Origin: an uncultured SAR86 cluster bacterium | GTDB lineage: Bacteria; Pseudomonadota; Gammaproteobacteria; Magnimaribacterales; AG-339-G14 | Direction: 5' to 3' | DNA length: 64,000 bases | NCBI GenBank assembly: GCA_902514645.1 | Contig: CABXRO010000002.1 | Span: forward strand, 11,530 to 75,529 | Part shown: positions 48,885-56,572 of the stretch, one piece after another | Numbering within the stretch: position 1 is the first letter of the stretch | Layout of the letters: the number at the start of each line of letters is the position of its first letter | The notes under the pieces: model-generated | Database searches by the model: none | What the model was told of the DNA's origin: nothing | Seen by the model: only the letters and a program-made list of their open reading frames with translations | Made by a program: the position numbers and the translations under genes

Positions 48885-49231
48885 TAACTTACCTTCATTC
48901 CAGGTTTCGCAGCAGGATCAGGACCAACCAAATAAACACCACTGTCATCATTACTTGCTGCTAAAATCATCCCTTCTGAAGTACCAAACCTCATTTCTCT
49001 TGGCTTTAAATTGTTGACACAAATTACCATTTTATCCAACAAGTTTTTGGGTTCATAATATTTTTTAATACCCGCAAAAACAGTTTTTTTGCCAAATTCT
49101 CCAATATCCAATTTTAATTGGACTAATTTATCAGCTTCTTCAATTTCTTTAACTTCTACTACTTTCGCAATTCTTAAATCAATCTTAAAAAATTCATCTA
49201 TTGTAATTTCATCCACCTTTACTTGCCTCAA
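48884..49231 (-). CDS. Stand-alone tRNA-binding (Trbp111/CsaA/EMAP-like OB-fold) domain, equivalent to the MetRS C-terminal appendix
   Basis: FFKIDLRIAKVVEVKEIEEADKLVQLKLDIG...NLKPREMRFGTSEGMILAA...PGMKVS is colinear with the E. coli MetRS C-terminus. It is in the +1 frame relative to metG and overlaps it by 23 nt. The likely start is GTG 49216, with GAGG 9 nt upstream. Confidence 0.7.
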   Translation of the reverse strand: MRQVKVDEITIDEFFKIDLRIAKVVEVKEIEEADKLVQLKLDIGEFGKKTVFAGIKKYYEPKNLLDKMVICVNNLKPREMRFGTSEGMILAASNDDSGVYLVGPDPAAKPGMKVS

Positions 49232-50858
49232 TAAGATTTTCTATATCCTCATCTTCAATTCTTTCAATTAAAGGCTTGAAAGATTGAATTTCATGATTTT
49301 TTACAGATGAAGAAATTTTCTCAAAACTATCTTCAGCCAAATTTAAATACAAATTAATTTTAGATGTTGTTTCGGGAATTAATGGTTCTAAGCAAATATT
49401 TAATATCCTGAATAAATTCATGCCGGTACTAGATATTTTTATTACTTTTTTATGATTTATTTTCTCTTTAGCTAAAACCCAGGGCTGATTTTGATCAATA
49501 TATTGATTTGCTGAATCTGCAAGTTTCATTATTCTTTTACAAGCATTTGAGTAATCTAGATTCACATAATCATTAAAAATAAATTCTGCCTCTTTTCTAA
49601 ATTCCTCTATAAGACTTTCTTCTAAATCTGTACCTATTTTATTATTATTAGATTTCAAAAATTTCTGTACTCTGCTTGCGATATTGATGAATTTGCCTAC
49701 TAGATCGGTATTAACTTTTTTTTGAAAATCTTTTAAATCTAAATCAATATCATTAATTTTATTTGTTAGCTTTGAAGCAAGATAATATCTTAGAAAATCT
49801 GATTTTAAGATTTCAGAGTATTGATCTGCTAAGAGAAAATTCCCTTTAGACTTTGACATTTTCTTTCCATTTAAAGTTAAAAATCCATGAACGAAAACAT
49901 TGGATGGTTTTTTAAATTCTGCTGCATGTAATAATGCAGGCCAAAACAAAGCATGAAAATTAAGAATATCTTTTCCTATGAAATGATATATCTCGAAATT
50001 TGAATTTTCACTCCAAAGCTCTTGAGCAGAAGCTTTGTCTTTTGAGTCCTTTAAAAATTTTTCTAATGTTCCAATATACCCAATTGGCGCATCTAGCCAA
50101 ACATAGAAATATTTATCCTCAAATCCCGGAATTTTAAAACCAAAATAGGGCGCATCTCTTGAAATATCCCAATCTTTTAATCCATCTTTAAACCATTCTT
50201 TTAATTTGTTGATTACACTTTCTTGTAAAGAAGATTCATCAATCCAAGTTTTAATCTCATTCTCTAAACTTGTTAGATTGAAAAATATATGTTCACTTTC
50301 TTTAATAATTGGAGATTTTTTTGAGAAAATAGAAATAGGATTTTTCAACTCAGTTGCTTCATATTTCGCACCACAAGTATCACAATTATCTCCATATTGA
50401 TTGGGAGCATTACATCTAGGACAATCTCCTTGAACATACCTATCAGCGAGAAATAAATTTTTTTCTTGGTCAAAAAGTTGTTTAATTTTTTTCTTAGAAA
50501 TATATCCATTTTTTAAAGCATTGTTATAAATCAACTCGCTGTATTTTTTATTCTCATCACTGTGAGTTTGATAGTAACAATCATGATCAATTTGAAATGC
50601 CTTTAAAGTTTTTTTGTGTTCTTTCATATATTTATCTACAAGCTTTTCAGGAGATATATTTTCTTGGTCAGCTTTCATCATAATCGGCGTACCATGAGCA
50701 TCGGATGCGCAAAGATAAATACATCTATTTCCCAAAATACGTTGAGACCTCACCCAAATATCTGTTTGAACATGTTCCAACAAATGTCCGAAATGAAGCG
50801 GACCATTGGCATAGGGAAGGGCGCTAGTAACAATTAGTTCTTTTTTTTTCTTTGTCAT
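49209..50858 (-). CDS. metG: Methionyl-tRNA synthetase, catalytic core plus anticodon-binding domain only
   Basis: HIGH motif (PLHFGHLLE), KMSKS (GKKMSKSKGN) and zinc knuckle CPRCNAP...CDTCGA. It stops after ...IENLIEASKGG in the linker. Confidence 0.9.
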   Translation of the reverse strand: MTKKKKELIVTSALPYANGPLHFGHLLEHVQTDIWVRSQRILGNRCIYLCASDAHGTPIMMKADQENISPEKLVDKYMKEHKKTLKAFQIDHDCYYQTHSDENKKYSELIYNNALKNGYISKKKIKQLFDQEKNLFLADRYVQGDCPRCNAPNQYGDNCDTCGAKYEATELKNPISIFSKKSPIIKESEHIFFNLTSLENEIKTWIDESSLQESVINKLKEWFKDGLKDWDISRDAPYFGFKIPGFEDKYFYVWLDAPIGYIGTLEKFLKDSKDKASAQELWSENSNFEIYHFIGKDILNFHALFWPALLHAAEFKKPSNVFVHGFLTLNGKKMSKSKGNFLLADQYSEILKSDFLRYYLASKLTNKINDIDLDLKDFQKKVNTDLVGKFINIASRVQKFLKSNNNKIGTDLEESLIEEFRKEAEFIFNDYVNLDYSNACKRIMKLADSANQYIDQNQPWVLAKEKINHKKVIKISSTGMNLFRILNICLEPLIPETTSKINLYLNLAEDSFEKISSSVKNHEIQSFKPLIERIEDEDIENLIEASKGG

Positions 50859-50875
50859 AGGAATAAGCTATCACC

Positions 50876-51616
50876 ATGGAGAGAAATCATTTTATCTTAA
50901 ATGCTAAAAGTATTCTTTTGATTTTATTTCTAGTATTTACTGGATGCACAACGACAAATAATTCATCTAATGATTTTAATCCAGAAGATCCTTATGAAAA
51001 AAGTAATCGTAAAGTTTTTGAATTTAATAATAAAATTGATAAATTATTTTTGAGACCAGTAACTGATTTTTATGATAGTGCAACCCCAGAATTTGCGCAG
51101 ACCTCCATAACAAATTTTTTTTCAAACCTTGATGATATTGGAATTTCATTTAATAACTTCCTTCAAGGAAATGTTCTTGATTCAATGAGCGATATGACGC
51201 GTTTTTTTATTAATTCAATTTTTGGATTAGGTGGTTTTTTCGACGTTGCTTCAGAAATGGGGTTAGAAAAGCACAGTGAAGATTTTGGACAAACTTTGGG
51301 AAAATGGGGCGCTAAACCCGGTCCTTATTTAATGCTTCCTTTCTTAGGCCCAAGTACTACTAGAGATGCCTTTACTTTCGTTGGAGATACAGCTTTAGCT
51401 CCAACACTTTCATTAAATGATAGTGGGGCTAGGTTGGGTCTTATTTCTCTTGATTTGATAAATACTTATTCTGCCTTTACAGGTATAGCTGATATAGAAA
51501 GCCAAGATAGGTATGCATTTTTGAGAGATGCATATTTAGACAGAAGAAAGTTTGAGGTAAACGACGGTCTATCTGAAGAAGATCTTTCCCAAGATGAAGA
51601 CTTTGAAGATTTTTAA
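50876..51616 (+). CDS. mlaA: MlaA/VacJ-family outer-membrane lipoprotein
   Basis: Lipobox LVFTGC. DPYEKSNRKVFEFNNKIDK, GLGGFFDVA and GPYLMLPFLGPSTTRD are typical of VacJ. Confidence 0.9.
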   Translation: MERNHFILNAKSILLILFLVFTGCTTTNNSSNDFNPEDPYEKSNRKVFEFNNKIDKLFLRPVTDFYDSATPEFAQTSITNFFSNLDDIGISFNNFLQGNVLDSMSDMTRFFINSIFGLGGFFDVASEMGLEKHSEDFGQTLGKWGAKPGPYLMLPFLGPSTTRDAFTFVGDTALAPTLSLNDSGARLGLISLDLINTYSAFTGIADIESQDRYAFLRDAYLDRRKFEVNDGLSEEDLSQDEDFEDF

Positions 51617-52867
51617 TCAGTCAATAAAAGAACTATAAACCATAGACTGCATTTGCATTCTGATTGGATAGTAACCTGAAGGCATTAACTGAGTCATTAA
51701 AATACATATCAATTCTTCTTGAGGATCAACCCAGAAAAAGGTACTGGCAGCTCCCCCCCAATTATAGCTTCCAACAGAACCAGAATTTTGGGTATCAGCT
51801 AAATCAATATTGACACCAAAGCCCAAACCAAAACCAACACCTTTATATCTTATTTCGCTAAAACTCCCTTCAGAACCCATGGTTACCATATCTTGATTAT
51901 CAGGGAGATGATTTGAGGTCATTAATTCAATTGTTTTTCTTGATAAAAGCCTCTTTCCTTCAAAAGTTCCACCATTTAAAAGCATTTGACAAAAATTGTA
52001 ATAATCTTCGGTAGTCGAAACCAAGCCGCCACCACCAGAAAGGTTTAAAGGAGTACTAGAATAACCACTTTTACTATCGCCAGTATCTTGCAGTCTTAGG
52101 TATTCCTTGGGTGTCCTTTCATAACAAGCAGCAAATCGTTTAATCTTATTTTTAGGAACATAAAAACCAGTATCTTTCATCTTAAGAGGCTTAAAAATAT
52201 ACTTTGTAAAATAATCGTCTAAAGTCATTCCGCTCAAAACTTCAACTAATCTTCCACAAATATCAGTAGCTACACTGTAGTTCCATTTATCGCCAGGACT
52301 AAATTCAAGAGGAAGACTTGCAATGGTCTGAGAAAAGTTTTCTAGATTAAGAGGAGGAAAACTAAAGTCGGTGTTATCCCCTCGTGGACCACTCCAGACT
52401 TTACGATAGGCATGATCGATATTTGTTCGATAGTGAAATCCATAAGTAAGGCCAGCCGTATGAGTTAATAGATCTCTGATAGAGATTTCTCTGTCAGCAG
52501 GACGGGTCATGAAATGCGGATAACTTCCAGAAACAAAGACTTTAGGATTTTTAAACTCAGGTAAAAATTTTCCAACAGGATCAGCTAATTGAAAAAGACC
52601 TTGTTCAAATAGCTGCATTAAGGCAACACTAGTTATGGGTTTAGTCATTGAGTAAATTCTAAAGATAGTATCTTTTTCAATTTTTTTATTGTTCTCAACG
52701 TCTCTCAAACCAGCAGATTCAAAATGTATTACTTTTCCTTTCCTTGCAATTAAAGTTTGAATACCTGCTAGTTTGCCGTTTTTGATGTATTTTTCTTTAA
52801 AGAAATTTTCCATCGCTATCAATTTATCTTTTGAAAGACCTAATTTATCTGGATTAGTAGTTTTCAT
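51617..52867 (-). CDS. Serine hydrolase, class-C beta-lactamase family
   Basis: YSMTKPITS (S-x-x-K) and WNYSVATD (Tyr loop). 416 aa. Paralogous in family to the 39351-40571 gene. Confidence 0.8.
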   Translation of the reverse strand: MKTTNPDKLGLSKDKLIAMENFFKEKYIKNGKLAGIQTLIARKGKVIHFESAGLRDVENNKKIEKDTIFRIYSMTKPITSVALMQLFEQGLFQLADPVGKFLPEFKNPKVFVSGSYPHFMTRPADREISIRDLLTHTAGLTYGFHYRTNIDHAYRKVWSGPRGDNTDFSFPPLNLENFSQTIASLPLEFSPGDKWNYSVATDICGRLVEVLSGMTLDDYFTKYIFKPLKMKDTGFYVPKNKIKRFAACYERTPKEYLRLQDTGDSKSGYSSTPLNLSGGGGLVSTTEDYYNFCQMLLNGGTFEGKRLLSRKTIELMTSNHLPDNQDMVTMGSEGSFSEIRYKGVGFGLGFGVNIDLADTQNSGSVGSYNWGGAASTFFWVDPQEELICILMTQLMPSGYYPIRMQMQSMVYSSFID

Positions 52868-53307
52868 ATATGTTCCTTCGCTAAAAGTTTCGCTTTAATA
52901 AAATCAGAATGAGCAACATAAATTAAGTTGGAAACTTTTCTAATTATATGCTCTTCGTATTTATCTATATTCCCATCTGCATATGCAATTTTCCACATTG
53001 ATTCTATGAGTTTTATTCTCTCGTCAGAATCAAAATTATCATTTATATCACGGGTAAATTCATATAAAGAAGTTGAGTCTTCAACATTTTCTTTTGCAAA
53101 ATTTATTAATTCATCTATCTCGTCTTCTTCTATCAAAAAATCTGTCAGCAATGTATTCTTCAATGCCTTCAACTCTGATTCATCAAGGACTTCATCTGCC
53201 ATGCTTGTTTCGAGAAGAAGAGCAATACAAGCTTTTATTGAAGTTTTATCATCAATTTTTGGATCGTCGGAATCTTCAGTTTGAAAAATTTTTTTAAAGA
53301 AATTCAT
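52864..53307 (-). CDS. TerB-like (tellurite-resistance TerB/DjlA-N domain) small acidic protein
   Basis: 147 aa. Two helical repeats carry ADEVLDESE... and AYADGNIDKYEEHIIRKV, typical of TerB-family domains. It overlaps both neighbours by 4 nt. Confidence 0.6.
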   Translation of the reverse strand: MNFFKKIFQTEDSDDPKIDDKTSIKACIALLLETSMADEVLDESELKALKNTLLTDFLIEEDEIDELINFAKENVEDSTSLYEFTRDINDNFDSDERIKLIESMWKIAYADGNIDKYEEHIIRKVSNLIYVAHSDFIKAKLLAKEHI

Positions 53308-54266
53308 GCTGCTTTGATTTCACTTTCTAATAAAATATCTTTTAACTCTCTTTTAATTTTGTCATTTTTATCATTGCTTAATAAAAGAAGTCTAGATTTT
53401 TTTGCATACTTAAGACCTTTGAATAAATTTAACATATGAAATTTAGTTTTTATTTCATCTTTAAAATTTAATGTATCAATATATTCAAACATTTCATCAA
53501 TTACAGATAACAAGGAGTTATTTGTTTTTGTGGAATTGAAAAAGATTTGATCCACATCAAATAACTTGAAAGGCAAGTCATATGCAGCTCTACCTACCAT
53601 CATTCCATCCAATTTAAAAAATTTATCTTTTGCCATTTTGAAATCTTCTATACCGCCATTAATGATTATATTCAGATGATCAAAGTCTTCTTTAACCTGA
53701 AAGACTCTTTCATAATTTAAGGGAGGTATTGTTCTATTTTCCTTAGGATCCAAACCCTTTAAAAGAGCAATTCTTGCATGAACATAAAAAGTATTCACTC
53801 CAATTTTTGATAATTCTTCTATGAAATAATCTAACCCTTCATTGATATCAGAATCATCAACGCCTAGTCTAATTTTTACTGAAACTTCTTTAGCAGAAAC
53901 CTTGATTATTTCAGATAAACATTTTTTAACCAGATTTACATCTTTCATCAAAACTGCGCCAAAGTTTCCAGATTGAACCTTTGAGCTAGGACATCCAAGA
54001 TTTAAATTAATTTCAGAATAATCATATTCATTGGCTATTAAAGTTGCTTTTTTTAGCTCTTCTGGACAACTTCCTCCAATTTGTAAAACAGTATCATTTG
54101 AAATACCAGAATTATTTAAAAATCTTTCAGGATGATTTCTATTAATTGCATTTGCATGAATCATCTCGCTAAAAAGGGTTGATTCTTTAGACAATAAACT
54201 ACATAGATATCTGAAATGACGATCAGTCCGTCTCATCATTGGAGCAATGCAAAAAGATCTATCCAT
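53304..54266 (-). CDS. dusA: tRNA-dihydrouridine synthase A
   Basis: CIAPMMRRTDRHFRYL, NLNLGCPS (catalytic Cys) and VHARIALLKGLDPKENRTIPPLNY are colinear with DusA. Confidence 0.9.
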   Translation of the reverse strand: MDRSFCIAPMMRRTDRHFRYLCSLLSKESTLFSEMIHANAINRNHPERFLNNSGISNDTVLQIGGSCPEELKKATLIANEYDYSEINLNLGCPSSKVQSGNFGAVLMKDVNLVKKCLSEIIKVSAKEVSVKIRLGVDDSDINEGLDYFIEELSKIGVNTFYVHARIALLKGLDPKENRTIPPLNYERVFQVKEDFDHLNIIINGGIEDFKMAKDKFFKLDGMMVGRAAYDLPFKLFDVDQIFFNSTKTNNSLLSVIDEMFEYIDTLNFKDEIKTKFHMLNLFKGLKYAKKSRLLLLSNDKNDKIKRELKDILLESEIKAA

Positions 54267-55738
54267 TAGAGAAAATAAATTACAGAAAGAACTCCTACTA
54301 AGGATAAAACAATAGTGTAAGGCAATGCCATCAAAACCATCCTTAAATAAGAAAGTCCTAAAAGGGGAGCTACAGAAGAGGTAAGAAGAAATAAAAATGC
54401 AGCTTGCCCATTTGGAGTAGCAACACTTGGTAAATTAGTCCCGCTATTAATTGCAATGGCTAATAAATCAAATTGTTCTCTTCCTATAGCTCCACTATCT
54501 AAGGCTGCTTTAACTTCACTGATATAAATAGTTGCAACAAAAACATTATCACTGATCATTGATAAAACACCATTCACCATGAAAAATACGGGTATTTGAA
54601 TTTCTTGTTTAAGACTTAAAACATAACTAATTACAGGTGTAAATAAATGTTGATCATGAATAACTGCAACGACTGCAAAAAATACAACTAATAGAGCAGT
54701 AAAAGGTAGAGCTTCTTCAAAAGCTTTTCCTAGTTTAGGTTCTTCTATTACTCCATTGAAAGCAGTAAGCAATACAATGATCATCAACCCAATTAATCCT
54801 ACAGCAGCAAGGCCGAAAGCTAGAGAAAAAACAAGAACCAATGCAATAATTGCTTGGGTAATTATCTTCATATTTTGAGAATTGGTTCTTTCTAGAGATT
54901 CTTTTTTATCAAAATCAAAGAGTATTTGCCTGATGTGATTTGGAAGTTGAACACCAAATGAAAACAAAGAAAATCTTTCTACGAGATAACAAGTAATCAA
55001 ACCTGCAATAAAGACAGGAAAAGAAATCGGTAACATTTTCAAGAAGAACTCGATAAATGACCAATCTGCAACACTTGCAATCAATAAATTTTGTGGCTCA
55101 CCAACAGTCGTTGCTACTCCTCCCAGAGCTGTTCCGACAGCGCCGTGCATTAAGAGGTTTCTAAGAAAACCTTTGAAAGTCTGAAATTCTTCAGAATTCT
55201 CAGAGAAAGATTCTTCCTTTGATGCAACACTTTTGTAGACGTGATAAAAACCTGCGGCTACAGCTATTAAAACTGCCATCACTGTTAATGCATCTAAAAA
55301 GGCTGATAGAAATGCTGCAGCAAATACAAAGAGTAAACACAAAAGCCTTTTGTTCTTAATATTAATAAGAAGCTTGGTAAATATATACAAAAGAAAATCT
55401 TTCATAAAATAAATACCAGCTACCATAAATACTAAAAGGAGAATTACTTTTAAATTTGCTTCAACTTCATAATAAATTTGTCCAGTATTCGTTAGACCCA
55501 TCAAAATGGACTCCAATGCGATCAATCCACCAGGCTGAAGGGGATAACATTTGATTGCCATCGCTAAAGTAAAGATAAATTCTCCTAAAATAATCCATCC
55601 AAGAATAAATCCTGCAGGCAAGCTCATGACGTCAAATAAAATGTATATAATCGGATTAACAATCAAAAAAGAAATGATTGTATTTTTATACCAATTAGGA
55701 GCAGCTCCTAAAAAATTATAATAAATCGAACTTATCAT
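54266..55738 (-). CDS. nhaB: Na+/H+ antiporter NhaB
   Basis: [22 protein letters not shown]...[21 protein letters not shown]...[14 protein letters not shown] is nearly colinear with my recollection of E. coli NhaB. Confidence 0.9.
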   Translation of the reverse strand: MISSIYYNFLGAAPNWYKNTIISFLIVNPIIYILFDVMSLPAGFILGWIILGEFIFTLAMAIKCYPLQPGGLIALESILMGLTNTGQIYYEVEANLKVILLLVFMVAGIYFMKDFLLYIFTKLLINIKNKRLLCLLFVFAAAFLSAFLDALTVMAVLIAVAAGFYHVYKSVASKEESFSENSEEFQTFKGFLRNLLMHGAVGTALGGVATTVGEPQNLLIASVADWSFIEFFLKMLPISFPVFIAGLITCYLVERFSLFSFGVQLPNHIRQILFDFDKKESLERTNSQNMKIITQAIIALVLVFSLAFGLAAVGLIGLMIIVLLTAFNGVIEEPKLGKAFEEALPFTALLVVFFAVVAVIHDQHLFTPVISYVLSLKQEIQIPVFFMVNGVLSMISDNVFVATIYISEVKAALDSGAIGREQFDLLAIAINSGTNLPSVATPNGQAAFLFLLTSSVAPLLGLSYLRMVLMALPYTIVLSLVGVLSVIYFL

Positions 55739-55749
55739 GGAGATTTAAC

Positions 55750-56571
55750 TTGTTTACCTTTGAACCTGCAAATTATATAGAAAATGAAGCCAAAGATTCA
55801 GTTTTCTTTGTGATATTTGATCAAAGCATCCTTTCATTTTTAAATGAAAATTTCATTAGACCTCTTACACAAGATGAATTAAATTGGTCTTACATCGAGG
55901 AAAAAGAAAGACACTTTCTAGGATATTTAAACAAACAACCGTGTTTTGTCATTCTTTCTGAAAAAAATCAGTGTGAGTTGGAACACTCAATTTTTATCGA
56001 TATGCGTTCAGCTCTCGGTAGGATGCCTGATCAACTATTTGATGTTATTGCTAGGTCCATTCAAATCATAAATTGGTCAAAAGATCATCAATTTTGTGGA
56101 TCTTGTGGATCTTCAATGCAAAGACACGACAAGGAAAGAGCAATGGAATGTTCTAAATGCAAAGGACAATTAATTTACCCAAGAATTTCTCCATGTGTGA
56201 TTGCTTTAATCTATAAAGAAAATGAGTTTTTGCTTGCACACAATAAGAATTTTCCTCCAAACTTTTATAGCACTCTTGCTGGTTTTATAGAGCCTGGGGA
56301 ATCTGTAGAAAGTGCATTGAAAAGAGAGGTCCAAGAAGAAGTAAACATTAATATTAAAAATTTAGAGTATTTTTCAAGTCAAGCATGGCCATTTCCAAGT
56401 CAATTGATGTTGGGTTTTTACGCTGAATATGATTCTGGAGTATTAGAACCTGATGGGGAGGAAATTGATGATGCTCAGTGGTTTACTGTAGAAAGCATGC
56501 CGACAAACATTCCTCCGGCAAATATTTCAATTTCCGGAAAGTTGATAGAAAACTTTATTGATAAATCTTAA
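55750..56571 (+). CDS. nudC: NAD+ diphosphatase / NAD-cap decapping Nudix hydrolase NudC
   Basis: Zinc ribbon CGSCGS...CSKCKG and Nudix box GFIEPGESVESALKREVQEEVNI. TTG start after GGAG. Confidence 0.85.
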   Translation: MFTFEPANYIENEAKDSVFFVIFDQSILSFLNENFIRPLTQDELNWSYIEEKERHFLGYLNKQPCFVILSEKNQCELEHSIFIDMRSALGRMPDQLFDVIARSIQIINWSKDHQFCGSCGSSMQRHDKERAMECSKCKGQLIYPRISPCVIALIYKENEFLLAHNKNFPPNFYSTLAGFIEPGESVESALKREVQEEVNINIKNLEYFSSQAWPFPSQLMLGFYAEYDSGVLEPDGEEIDDAQWFTVESMPTNIPPANISISGKLIENFIDKS

Positions 56572-56572
56572 T

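Noticed and set aside
52928-53297. Two overlapping plus-strand ORFs (118 and 74 aa) antisense to the TerB-like gene.
   Set aside because: They are the Ser-rich complement of an acidic (Glu/Asp-rich) gene. There is no independent support.
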